IMG/VR virus record: IMGVR_UViG_3300012944_000004
Strand: one strand, 5' to 3'
DNA from: a virus
Length of the DNA stretch: 64,000 bases
Both the position numbers and the translations under genes were made by a program. Below the pieces are notes generated by a model, which had not been told where the DNA came from, did not search any database, and worked only from the letters and a program-made list of their open reading frames with translations. Position 1 is the first letter of the stretch. Each line of letters starts with the position of its first letter. Positions 9,739-18,798 of the stretch are shown one piece after another.

Positions 9739-9786
9739 GAGACCCTCATGTTCAAGTTGAAAACCGCTTCTTTGGCGGCATGCTCT

Positions 9787-9814
9787 TTAGACGAGCCCTC
9801 TCGCTTGCTATTCA
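9787..9814 (-). promoter_or_regulatory. ECF-sigma-like promoter copy (TGAAT-N15-TCGTCTAA)
   Basis: Upstream of ORF start 9738. Confidence 0.6.
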
Positions 9815-9966
9815 CTCGGCCCTACTCTTTTTTTCAACTTGCCTACCCTCCCACACCGAACGCTCGAAAAAACCTTGGCGGATAAAAAACTAGCTAAGTG
9901 CTTGATATTACAAGCTTTTTACGTGAAACGCTGTCGCCGTGCGGCAAGGGATATTAGGTACCAGGG

Positions 9967-9994
9967 TGAATTATCTCGCAGGGGGACCGTCTAA
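9967..9994 (+). promoter_or_regulatory. ECF-sigma-like promoter copy (TGAAT-N15-CCGTCTAA), probably giving a leaderless mRNA
   Basis: ATG at 10000 lies 5 nt after the -10-like element. Confidence 0.6.
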
Positions 9995-9999
9995 AGGGC

Positions 10000-10221
10000 A
10001 TGAAACCGAAACCGCCCACTGCAATGCCTCAGGTAGTCCTAGAAGGGGACGCCTTAGAGCGTGCCACGGCTGCAAAGCTAGGCGTTCTAGCCTCCTTACG
10101 AGGCGTCCAGGCGACGATCGTATGGGACGGTGCGCAGTACCTCGCCAACGGTGTGCCGTGCGGTCGGAGCGTCCACGGGGTTTACGCACGGCTTGAGGCG
10201 CAATCCAAGGTCCAACCGTGA
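10000..10221 (+). CDS. Hypothetical early protein
   Basis: 73-aa ORF directly after the promoter copy. Confidence 0.55.
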   Translation: MKPKPPTAMPQVVLEGDALERATAAKLGVLASLRGVQATIVWDGAQYLANGVPCGRSVHGVYARLEAQSKVQP

Positions 10222-10304
10222 GGTTTCCGCCTCGCCTGGCGACGGTTTTACCCCCCTCGCCAGGGTTTCCGCTCCCCTCGCCGGAGGTTTCTCGACCGGC
10301 CGAA
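10222..10304 (+). repeat. Four degenerate ~21-bp tandem units starting GGTTT(C/T), three containing CTCGCC
   Basis: Units start at 10222, 10244, 10264 and 10286 in an intergenic stretch. Confidence 0.5.
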
Positions 10305-10359
10305 GGCTCGCCTACATGGCGCGCCGTGCTCGAAACCTCCCGGACAACGGTCCGGCCGA

Positions 10360-10388
10360 TGAATAACCGGACGCGCTAGGCCGTCCAA
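10360..10388 (+). promoter_or_regulatory. ECF-sigma-like promoter copy (TGAAT-N16-CCGTCCAA)
   Basis: Upstream of ORF start 10405/10417; spacer one base longer than the other copies. Confidence 0.5.
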
Positions 10389-10404
10389 CGCTCCGAAACC
10401 GACC

Positions 10405-10777
10405 TTGGAGACTGTCATGACCGATGTTGAGATCGCCACGTTCGAAGCCGCCTACATCGCAGCGGCCCTCTGGAGTAGCACCGACGAGTCGCGCGACGAT
10501 GGGGGAGACCCTCTCGACCGCAACTACGGGCCGGCCGACTGCTCAGAGGAGCTTCGCATGGCCATCTCGGCCGACTGCAAGGCTTTCCTCGCCGCGCACT
10601 ACGACGACATCGCGAGCGACCTTGCCCAGGCAGGCCATGACTTTTGGCTCACCCGCAACGGCCATGGCTGCGGTTTCTGGGATGGCGACTGGCGAGCGGC
10701 TCACCGAGGCGAGCAAGGCCTTCGGAGAGGTCAACCTGTACGTGGGCGACGACGGCGCCATCTACGGGTCACCATGA
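10405..10777 (+). pseudogene. Conserved phage protein (AGHDFWLTRNGHG.GFWD family) broken by a frameshift near 10690
   Basis: One frame gives ...AGHDFWLTRNGHGCGFWDGDW; the natural continuation GERLTEASKAFGEVNLYVGDDGAIY is in the +1 frame. Confidence 0.65.
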
Positions 10778-11440
10778 TCGATCGCAAGTCACTGGCGCCC
10801 GGCGCATGGATCGAAGTGGCCGATCCCACCAAGCGGATCTTCTACGGAGGCCTGTACCAAGTCGTGCGCGCGGGGCGCGTCAACGTGCGTGCCTCGTGCG
10901 ACGTGCGATTCTCGCCGACAGGCCCTTGGTACCATCAGGAGCACGTCATCCCGCTGGCGCACGTGGTGCGTGTGGTGCCAGCGAGCGAAGTCGCACCGCG
11001 CGAGGGGTTGCCATGAGCCAGCGCGCGAAGCCGCTCTGCGCCGATCGCCGGTTCAAGGTCAACCTGATGCACGCGCAGGATGCCCGATGGGTGTTCGTGC
11101 GCGTCATCAAGGGCTTTTGGATGCGCCTCGACGCCTGCGTCGCGACCACGCCGTGTGAGCTCTGTCGGGCTCCCATCGGCGAGCCCTGTCGCGGCGCGAG
11201 CGGCCTGCCTCAGAGCGCGACGCATTGGGTGCGTCGCAAGACAGCCAGCAGGAGACGCAAGTGAAACGCATCAGGCACATTCCCGACGTCGCGCGTCTTG
11301 GCTACACCTACTGCGGGCGCTTCTACGTCAAGGGTACGTTGGCGAACATGGGTCTTCGTTTGGCCCTCATCGATCTCGCCCGCGACTGCATCGAGGACGC
11401 CCCTGTTGGGAAGTTGAACATCGACTTCGCAGCTACCTAA
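10774..11440 (+). other. Three coupled small genes (10774-11016; 11013-11264 Zn-finger-like; 11261-11440)
   Basis: ATGA/GTGA overlaps; CELC...PC...H motif in the middle gene. Confidence 0.55.
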
Positions 11441-11494
11441 ACGACGGTGGCGCCAAAGCGCGCGACTTCGTCTTCCGAGCCTACCACGAGCACA

Positions 11495-12895
11495 TCAGGG
11501 AGGAAGCCTCACCCAGCGAGCCACGTCCTCCGCCCCCACGTCGCTTCCGTCTCCGCGCCGTACCCCGGTCTTGACCAGCGCGCTTGCGATGCGCGCCGCG
11601 GGGATCCCCATAGCCGCGAGCGTGCGAACCTGGCCCGTAACCCACAGCATGTCGAGAGGTGCCCCATGACGTAGAAAGTCCGGCTTGCGAACGAGACGAC
11701 GGTTCACCAACCTCTGCCCTGTCGCCGGATGTTCAACTTTTTGCGAAAGGAGTGTTGCATCTTCAACTTGAAGAGCTAGTGTCTCTACCTGCGCCACTGG
11801 CAGTGGCTGCCCCCCCGGCCCTGTTGGTGGCGCCTTTTTTTCGACGTGTTCGCGGACGGTCGCGGTGAGCGGCTTCTTCATTGCATCTGCCTTGGTTGTT
11901 GGGGCTGCATCGAAACCCCACCCCTCGAGCGTCCCAACGGCCTTGTCCGCGGCAGCAGCATCTCGACGATCGTAGCGCACCGTCGTCGCAACGTTCTTGT
12001 GTCCCATCAGTTTCTGCGTGCGCGCCAGATCGCTCTTGTCGAGCATGCGCGAGGCGAAGGTGCGGCGAAGATCGTGCGGGGTGAAGTGCGCGCAACCGGC
12101 GCGTTGACCCGTCTCGGTGATGAGGTACCAGACGTCCTTGACGCTCATGGGCGCGTCGGTGAGATACGACTTTCCGGCCCCTTGGACGAACAGGCGATCG
12201 GTCTTCAAGCCCAGCTTCGCGCGGACGATCAGCCAGCGAGCGATCGTCTCACCTGCCCAAGCCGGAAGCGTCTGGACGCGTTCCCGGTGGCCTTTGCCAT
12301 CGACTAGCAGGTGCGTCTTGTCGTCGGAGAGCGACTGGGCCCGCAGCAAGGCCAATTCCTCGCGCCGCAAGCCCCCGCCAAGGGCCGCGGCGAAGACGGC
12401 CTCCACCATGGGTCCCCGGGGTGGCTTGAGACCTCTGGCATAGGTCGCCAGGCAATGGATCTCGCCTTCCGTGAGCATCCGTCCCGCAGGGGGACCATCC
12501 CCCTTGACGCTCGAGAGCAGGATGGCCCGCTGGTAGTCCTCCGCGGTCATCAGGCCCATGCGAAACGCCTGCCGAAGCACACCCTTGAGCATGCTGATCG
12601 ACAAACGTGCGGTGGCTGGCGAGAAGTCGCGGATGAGGGCGCTGCGCAGATAGGTCGTCTGCTCGGCCCGCAAAGCTTCCCATGGGAGAGTCTCCCAGTC
12701 GGGCTCGCGCAGAAGCTTGGTGAGCCTCTTGAGGGTCTCGACGGCCGCCTTGCGGCTCTGCCAGGTTGTCAACGATGCGATGTAGAGCTCCGCAGGCGAG
12801 ACCTTGAAGCCTTGACGTTGGCGGTCGAGAACCGCATCGGCCGAGACGATTATGTCGGCCATCGTGTGGCCTGCCATTTCGAAAATGTCTCGCAT
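11495..12895 (-). CDS. Tyrosine recombinase / integrase with C-terminal extension
   Basis: Catalytic residues R (GLRREEL), HxxR (HDLRRTFAS), H (LMGHKN), Y (TTVRY). Confidence 0.92.
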   Translation of the reverse strand: MRDIFEMAGHTMADIIVSADAVLDRQRQGFKVSPAELYIASLTTWQSRKAAVETLKRLTKLLREPDWETLPWEALRAEQTTYLRSALIRDFSPATARLSISMLKGVLRQAFRMGLMTAEDYQRAILLSSVKGDGPPAGRMLTEGEIHCLATYARGLKPPRGPMVEAVFAAALGGGLRREELALLRAQSLSDDKTHLLVDGKGHRERVQTLPAWAGETIARWLIVRAKLGLKTDRLFVQGAGKSYLTDAPMSVKDVWYLITETGQRAGCAHFTPHDLRRTFASRMLDKSDLARTQKLMGHKNVATTVRYDRRDAAAADKAVGTLEGWGFDAAPTTKADAMKKPLTATVREHVEKKAPPTGPGGQPLPVAQVETLALQVEDATLLSQKVEHPATGQRLVNRRLVRKPDFLRHGAPLDMLWVTGQVRTLAAMGIPAARIASALVKTGVRRGDGSDVGAEDVARWVRLPP

Positions 12896-13428
12896 ACGTG
12901 CGCGAGCATGTTGGCTCGTGCCGACGCGCGCGTCCCTGACGCTGAGCGGGCGTAGCCTTCAGCCATGAGACCATCGAAAGTAGGTGCTACCTCAGCGGCC
13001 CATAGAGCAAAGGCACCAGGATGTTGCTCGCGAGCTTGAAGCTTCTCCAAAAGCTCTGCGGCGCGTGACAACACGAAATTTACTTCGGATTGTCTCTCAA
13101 TGAGCCAACGTTCCTGTTCGCTGCGCGATGCCCCATCAGGTTGCTCATCATGGCAACGCTCGCAGAGCAAGAAGAAATTGCCTGGCTCGTTGGTTCCATC
13201 ATAGCAACATGCGATGACATGGGCGCGTATCGGAAGACAGCAAGCGCCGCAAGCCCAACACTCGGCACAAGGGTCTTCTCCAACTTCAAGTCGAATGAGA
13301 AGCTCTTTGTTCGCTGCAGCAATAGCTGCGAGCGACGGCATAGCTGATCGCGGTCGCATCAGGGAAGGGCAAGCGCTCGTGCGCGGCACCGCACGCATGT
13401 CTTGCACGCCGGTGAGCTCACACTGCAC
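12850..13428 (-). CDS. HNH-like zinc-binding endonuclease (true start probably MPSLAA near 13341)
   Basis: CWACG...AH...DGTNEPGNFFLLCERCHDEQPD; more A/T-rich than its neighbours. Confidence 0.65.
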   Translation of the reverse strand: MQCELTGVQDMRAVPRTSACPSLMRPRSAMPSLAAIAAANKELLIRLEVGEDPCAECWACGACCLPIRAHVIACCYDGTNEPGNFFLLCERCHDEQPDGASRSEQERWLIERQSEVNFVLSRAAELLEKLQAREQHPGAFALWAAEVAPTFDGLMAEGYARSASGTRASARANMLAHVCETFSKWQATRWPT

Positions 13429-13994
13429 TCGAGGGCCTTGATGTCGTTGAGCAGCCGCAGCGCCAAGGCGAGCTCACGCTTCTCGAGCAAGATCTCCGTA
13501 CACCGCTGCTGGACGGTAGTGAGGGCATCGAAGAGCAACTTCAACTCCTTGGCACACGCGAGGAGGCGCGCTTCGAGAATGTTGCACCCGATGCCATCGG
13601 TCTTGGCGACCTCGGCGTAGCCTTGTTCGAAGTGCTCTTTCATAGAGACCACACCCATCGCCCAGTGATGAAGAATGCCTTCAGGGCTTGTCCGATCGCC
13701 CGGTGCGCTGGCTTCACATAGGCGTTGAGCTCGACGTACAACCTCGGACGGAGGATGAGCAGTGGCGTAGCGGACGTGAGACCGCGGCACACCACGCACT
13801 TGTGAAGGCCCTCACCCATGATGTTCGCGAACTTGAAAACCGGTCACGCTCGTGATGTTGCATCTGCAACGTGCGCACAGGCTGTAGTCGCCTGCCTGGC
13901 CGACACGCTCGTCCGAATCGCGCACGCAGCGCAAGCACACGTTGACGGTGGGGAGCCCAAACAGCTGACCGACCCACTTGCCGAAGATCTTCAT
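13359..13994 (-). other. Three coupled small genes (13359-13643, 13640-13819, 13812-13994)
   Basis: Manual translation with start/stop overlaps; CxxC motifs. Confidence 0.5.
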
Positions 13995-14641
13995 GCGGCC
14001 CTCATCCACATCGGCCGGTCGCCCAGTGCATCCTCGCCGCACATGTCGATGTCGATCGGGAAGCCCAGCGCGCGTGGGGTGAAGTCCTCGACGACTTGCA
14101 CCTTCGCGAAGCCGCGCACAGGGAGCGTGTAGCGCGGCGAGGCGGCCCAGTACGTCCGAACCGTTGGCAGGCTGTGGTAGAGCTGCGAGGCGCTGAGGAT
14201 GGCGTTGAAGCCGTCGTAGAGGCCATGCAGGTACCCCTCGGCGAGCAGGACGGTGCCGTAGGCCCCGCAGTAGTCGATCACCGCTTGTCCGGAGGTCCCC
14301 GCCAGGATGCCCTCCAAGTCCTGCCAGAGGACCGCGCCGCCGATGTAGCCGGCGAGCTGCGCGTTGCGCACCGCGGCCTGCCCATGAGACTGGCCGAGCT
14401 GCATCGAGGGCGACCACCCAGGGTTGAGCACGTGTTGGACGACCCAGAGCGCACCGATCTCACCGAGGATGATCTGCGTCTCGTTGACGTCGATGTCGCC
14501 CGGGTTGGGATGGCTGATGCCTACGTAGCGCGTCGCGAACTTGAAGCCCATCGCCGCGGCGATGCGCGCCGACGCCACAGTCAACTTCGTGTTGCAGTCG
14601 AAGCCGATGGCGTCGTTGCAGGGCGCGGCGAAGGGCGTCAT
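13991..14641 (-). CDS. DUF1906 (GH25-related) glycoside hydrolase, putative peptidoglycan hydrolase
   Basis: GFD....A...GFKFATRY, G..HG..A...A..AG, W.DLE, GLYDG, W...QY-like pattern, IDID. Confidence 0.8.
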   Translation of the reverse strand: MTPFAAPCNDAIGFDCNTKLTVASARIAAAMGFKFATRYVGISHPNPGDIDVNETQIILGEIGALWVVQHVLNPGWSPSMQLGQSHGQAAVRNAQLAGYIGGAVLWQDLEGILAGTSGQAVIDYCGAYGTVLLAEGYLHGLYDGFNAILSASQLYHSLPTVRTYWAASPRYTLPVRGFAKVQVVEDFTPRALGFPIDIDMCGEDALGDRPMWMRAA

Positions 14642-14647
14642 GGGGGG

Positions 14648-14920
14648 CTACCCTGGATGATAGCTAAAGATCGATGCGAGGGCCCCCGTCTCGGGCGAGA
14701 ACCGCAGCCGGTTTTCCCCATCGCGCCAGAGGACAATGTCGGTCCACGCGTCTTCGCCCCGCGAGTCGCGCGCGTAGGGCCGCGTGCAGTGCTTGCCGTG
14801 CGTCAGCGAGATGTAGACGACGTCGAGGTCCCCGTTGTGGGTGTGGCGCTCGGCCAACGAGACGGGGACGTAGAGGCCACCCTTGTAGTGGCGGTAGAGC
14901 GTGTGCAGGCGAAGGCTCAT
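14648..14920 (-). CDS. DUF1653 family protein
   Basis: YRHYKGGLY...A.....VVY.SL...TRP motif. Confidence 0.8.
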   Translation of the reverse strand: MSLRLHTLYRHYKGGLYVPVSLAERHTHNGDLDVVYISLTHGKHCTRPYARDSRGEDAWTDIVLWRDGENRLRFSPETGALASIFSYHPG

Positions 14921-15144
14921 CTCACCAGTCCAGTCATGCGCCGACCCTTTTCTGTAAGCGCCACGCAGATCTTCGGGCCTCCCTTGTAGAGGGCCAAAAA
15001 TTCGATGACGCCGTTGCGCTCGAGAAGATCCTCAGCCTCCGTCGAGCAACCGAGCGACCCACGACGCGGCGCGTAGCCGTTCTTGACTGTGTAGCGCAGC
15101 ACGTGCCGTGCGATGTCGTAGGCGTCAATGAACTTATCGGTCAT
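14917..15144 (-). CDS. Small winged-helix-like hypothetical protein
   Basis: MTDKFIDAY start coupled to the groES stop; LLERNGVIE...ALTEKG. Confidence 0.45.
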   Translation of the reverse strand: MTDKFIDAYDIARHVLRYTVKNGYAPRRGSLGCSTEAEDLLERNGVIEFLALYKGGPKICVALTEKGRRMTGLVR

Positions 15145-15473
15145 GGCTCGATGACCGCGTCGATGAGCTCCCCGCGCACCAGCCAGAAGTCGGTGTCCTC
15201 GAGCGCGCTCTCCGCCCCGGCGTATCGACCAAAGCAGACGTGATCCCCCGGTTCGACCTCGGGCGCCGGCAGGCGTTTCCCCTTGCCATCGAACCGCCCA
15301 GGTCCCACCGAGACGACGATGCCCTGGAAGGGCCGCGCGTGCTCGGCTGCGGTGTGCGGGATGATGATGCCTCCATCGGACACCAACTTGGGGGGCAAGC
15401 GCTTGATGGCGACGTAGTCCTGAAGCGGACGGCCATCTTTGTAGAACTCGTTGAGAGAATCGGCGATGCTCAT
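15141..15473 (-). CDS. groES: Co-chaperonin GroES (Cpn10)
   Basis: RPLQDYVAIKR, GGIIIP, G.VVSVGPG, V.PGD.V.FGRYAG; start re-called at 15473. Confidence 0.92.
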   Translation of the reverse strand: MSIADSLNEFYKDGRPLQDYVAIKRLPPKLVSDGGIIIPHTAAEHARPFQGIVVSVGPGRFDGKGKRLPAPEVEPGDHVCFGRYAGAESALEDTDFWLVRGELIDAVIEP

Positions 15474-15804
15474 GGAGACGTGTCCCCGATCTTGACTGAG
15501 GTGGAAGGGTCGTCGTTTTCGAAGACGACAAAGCTGTCGCCAGGTTGAAGTTGTCCGATGCGGTTGCCTGAGGCGTCGACCAGGTGCTTTCGAAGACCCT
15601 GACTGAGCCACCCGACGAAGGTGTACTTGCACCCGACGTGATCGGGCAAGTTGGCCATGAGCTCTCGGTCTTGGGTCTCGAGCGCTTGCTTGGCGAGAGC
15701 GAGCGCCTTGGCGGCGTCCTCAGGACGAATCACTGCAAAGCGAAACCCATTGGGCGCCCGCGCGATGCCGTCGTGGGCCCCGTGGGCACGCCTATCGTGG
15801 CGGT

Positions 15805-16626
15805 TCACGGTGTGTCCGGTTGCTCGGGCGCGTCGTAGTCGTCGAGCATCTTGTTGCCGCACTTGGCGTTGCAGAGAACAATGAAGCGCTCGTCGCCCTC
15901 GTCCTCATCCTCATCCTCATCGTCCTCATCGACGACGGTCATGCACGTGATGAGACACCCGAGGGGGACGGTGAAGAGATCGGGCGCCTCCGGGTGCATA
16001 CTCGAGAGGATCTTGACCTCGATCTCCTGCCCGCACTCGAAGCACTCCCACGTCTCGACGTTCACTTTTCGCTCAGCCATCAAGTCGACTCCCGCAGCTT
16101 TGAATGGATGCCCTTTTTCCCACACCAGTGCCGTGCGCAGTCGCACCTCGGCCTTCGGACAGTCGCCGCTCTCGCCAGTATACCAGCAGAGGCCCTTGCC
16201 GGCGTCGAGCGACACGCGCATGCGCGCGATGGCCTCGCGGATGGCGACACGTCGATCACCGATCATGGCCTGTCCTGTGGGGCCAGCGAAGGGGTGAATC
16301 TGCCAGAGGGAGAAGGCGTGGCCCCCATCGCACGTCGAGCCATGGTGAATCTCGAGCGACACCAACCGCCAGGCGGCGTCGTTGCATCGTCCGTCGTCGA
16401 CCCAGTCTGCAAAGCTGCTCTCGAAGCGCGCGACGCTGGCAACGACGAGCGCCGTCCGCACACGCAGTGGGTCGTCGCGAAAGAGTGGCGCCTCCTCGAG
16501 ACTCACAGCGGCGATGTCGTCGGCAATGCCGGTGAGCCACGCTCGATCCGCATCGTCTCGCGGCACGCCGTGGGGGCGCGTCCAGGCGAGCATCGCCGCA
16601 AGCACGTAGATTGCGAGACCGATCAT
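15805..16626 (-). CDS. Lysozyme/SLT-like peptidoglycan hydrolase with N-terminal signal anchor, in frame with a C-terminal Zn-ribbon/acidic module (possibly a separate gene starting MAERKV)
   Basis: Hydrophobic MIGLAIYVLAAMLAW; catalytic-type ARFESSF; GHAFSLWQI (SLT motif II-like); CFEC and poly-D/E downstream. Confidence 0.6.
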   Translation of the reverse strand: MIGLAIYVLAAMLAWTRPHGVPRDDADRAWLTGIADDIAAVSLEEAPLFRDDPLRVRTALVVASVARFESSFADWVDDGRCNDAAWRLVSLEIHHGSTCDGGHAFSLWQIHPFAGPTGQAMIGDRRVAIREAIARMRVSLDAGKGLCWYTGESGDCPKAEVRLRTALVWEKGHPFKAAGVDLMAERKVNVETWECFECGQEIEVKILSSMHPEAPDLFTVPLGCLITCMTVVDEDDEDEDEDEGDERFIVLCNAKCGNKMLDDYDAPEQPDTP

Positions 16627-17126
16627 TCGTGGGCTCCTGGAGGGCATTCGGAGCGCAGAACTACAATCGGTTCGGCGGCAGCATAGTTGGCGATCTGCTT
16701 GGCCTGCGCGACGAACCGAGGCGGTATCCACCCGTTGGGATGGAGCGTCGCGCCGCAGTCATTGCAGAAGACGTTCATGCCTTCATGCGAACAATGAGAG
16801 AGCTCGAAGATGAGGTCGACGCAGTCATCTTCGAGTTCGCCGCACTTGGTGTCGAAGGCACGATTCATCGCGCGCTTCTTCTTGATGGCACCAAGGTTAC
16901 GCGGCATGAGAACGGCCGTCATCGCAACGGCGATGGGACCCAACACGATTGCAAGGACGATAACCCACGCCGTCCACCGACTGACCTTCAAGCGCTCCTC
17001 CAAGAGAGCGAGGCTGTTGCCCATGCGGTGGTAACGCAGCACAAAGTGAAAAGCTAAGTTGACGAGCCAATCGCCCAGGCCGATGGCAAACCACATCGCG
17101 AGAGCCGGATGCGCGAGATGGCTCAC
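16623..17126 (-). CDS. Two-helix membrane protein with C-terminal Zn ribbon
   Basis: GTG start at 17126; hydrophobic segments; CSH...CNDC. Confidence 0.55.
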   Translation of the reverse strand: MSHLAHPALAMWFAIGLGDWLVNLAFHFVLRYHRMGNSLALLEERLKVSRWTAWVIVLAIVLGPIAVAMTAVLMPRNLGAIKKKRAMNRAFDTKCGELEDDCVDLIFELSHCSHEGMNVFCNDCGATLHPNGWIPPRFVAQAKQIANYAAAEPIVVLRSECPPGAHE

Positions 17127-17281
17127 GTGAAAGCCTCCATGATGGCGAGCGCGATGCGGACAAGGGCCACCGCGGGCCAACCGATGATGAGGGCCCAGTC
17201 CTCCCCCTCGACGCCGCCCAGCGCTTCGTGCGTCATTGGCATCCCGAGCAGCCAAAGGGCCGCGCCTACTACCCAACCCAT
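17123..17281 (-). CDS. 52-aa two-helix membrane protein (holin candidate; absent from the ORF track)
   Basis: Manual translation MGWVVGAALWLLGM...WALIIGWPAVALVRIALAIMEAFT*; stop overlaps next GTG. Confidence 0.45.
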   Translation of the reverse strand: MGWVVGAALWLLGMPMTHEALGGVEGEDWALIIGWPAVALVRIALAIMEAFT

Positions 17282-17301
17282 GCGAGCCTGCCTTTCAACC
17301 G

Positions 17302-17779
17302 TCAGCCGTCGTCTTCGAGCGTCGCGTCGACCACCACTTTCTTGGCCGGCGCTGGCGTGTCGTCCTCGACGGGCGGTGGGGCCGGCGGCTTATCGATGCG
17401 GCTACGGGCCTGCTTCACCCGGCGCCTGCCCTCGAGCAAGACGTGGTCGAGATCTTCAAGAGCACCATCGACGCCGCGCTCGGCGACCCGCTTGCCAATC
17501 TTGGCTGCAGCCACACCGACCTTGCGCGCGAGCGCATCCCAATCAATCGGAGGCATCGGATGGCCTCAACGCCGCGAGCTCGACTTCGAGTCGAATTGCG
17601 AGTTGGACTGCTCGACTCGGGATCTTGTCGTCCGCGACGCCCTTCTCGACCAGCTTCTCAGCAAGGCGGTAGGCGCTGTCGCAGATGCGCCAGAATTTGC
17701 GGAGCTCATTGCTGGATCGCCGTCTGAGCAGCCGAGGTCGACGCTTTTTTGCAGCAGCTTTTTTTGCGGCCATGGCCAT
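17302..17779 (-). other. Two small hypothetical genes (17302-17556, 17543-17779)
   Basis: Overlapping ORFs with protein-like translations. Confidence 0.55.
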
Positions 17780-17799
17780 GAGGTAACCGTAGATACCGC

Positions 17800-17828
17800 T
17801 TGCGTCAACTCCAAGTTGAACCTACCGT
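17800..17828 (+). promoter_or_regulatory. Sigma70-like promoter TTGCGT-N17-TACCGT with CCAAGTTGAA in the spacer
   Basis: Canonical spacing, 23 bp upstream of ATG 17852. Confidence 0.5.
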
Positions 17829-17851
17829 CCCTCATAGAGGACACAACTCCC

Positions 17852-18307
17852 ATGACCAGTTCGCAGATTCACAGCATCATCAAGAACGCCGTCGAGACGC
17901 AGGGCTTGTACGTGGTCGCCAACAAGATCGGCGTCACCCACAGCACGCTGACGCGCTTCCTGAGCAAGCTGCACTGCCAGAAGCACGTCACCGACCGCAT
18001 CGAGGCGTTCGCCGGCTCCAAGGCCGCGACCGCGAAGGGCCCCAAGAAGGTGGCGGCGAAGAAGCCGAAGGCCAAGAAGTCGAAGAAGGCGAAGGCCAAG
18101 GTCGCGAAGCCCAAGAAAATCGCCAAGTCGAAGGCCAAGTCGAAGGCGAAGAAGGCCGTCAAGGCGAAGGTCTCCAAGCCGAAGGCGAAGGCCAAGTCGA
18201 AGGCGAAGAAGCCCGTCAAGCGCTCCAAGCCGCGTGCTGCGAAGAAGGCGCCGCTCCCGCCGGCCGAGTCGACTCCCGCGGCCGTCGACAGCGCAGCGGC
18301 GGAATGA
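17852..18307 (+). CDS. HTH DNA-binding protein with histone-H1-like Lys/Ala tail
   Basis: N-terminal LYVVANKIGVTHSTLTRFL (Cro/XRE-like HTH); KAK/PKK repeats; start re-called at 17852. Confidence 0.75.
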   Translation: MTSSQIHSIIKNAVETQGLYVVANKIGVTHSTLTRFLSKLHCQKHVTDRIEAFAGSKAATAKGPKKVAAKKPKAKKSKKAKAKVAKPKKIAKSKAKSKAKKAVKAKVSKPKAKAKSKAKKPVKRSKPRAAKKAPLPPAESTPAAVDSAAAE

Positions 18308-18798
18308 GCACTCAGTGCGCCTCCTGTGGCCATCTCTACGATCCGCTGGGTCATTCCCCTCAGGGCGAGTGCCCAGCGTGCGGGATGCCGCCCCTACAGC
18401 AGGGGACCGTCCTGGAATCCGTCGTGCGCAAACTAGAGCAAGAGACGCCCCCGCGCGACACGTATTCGCTTATCGATGAGGCGCAGCGTGGTCCATGGCG
18501 CTTCGAGCTTTACGGCAAGGAGATTCTCCGCTTCGAGCCGGACGGTCGCGTCTTCGTGCGCGGCGAGTGCGTGGACGACAACGGGACCATCTACGGGGTC
18601 CTGCGTGAGTTCTACGACACTGCGCGGACGGCGCCTATAAAAGCCGCACGCGAGGTCGAGCGCGAAGCCATCGTGGCATGGCTACGTAGCGAAGGCCGCA
18701 CGTACGTCAAGATGTTCGATGCCGTAGAAGTCGCCGTGACTTCGCGACTGCTCGCGGACGCCATCGAGGAAGGCGAGCACTTGAAAGCGGGCGATTAG
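18304..18798 (+). CDS. Zn-ribbon hypothetical protein
   Basis: ATGA overlap; CASCG...CPACG. Confidence 0.6.
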   Translation: MSTQCASCGHLYDPLGHSPQGECPACGMPPLQQGTVLESVVRKLEQETPPRDTYSLIDEAQRGPWRFELYGKEILRFEPDGRVFVRGECVDDNGTIYGVLREFYDTARTAPIKAAREVEREAIVAWLRSEGRTYVKMFDAVEVAVTSRLLADAIEEGEHLKAGD

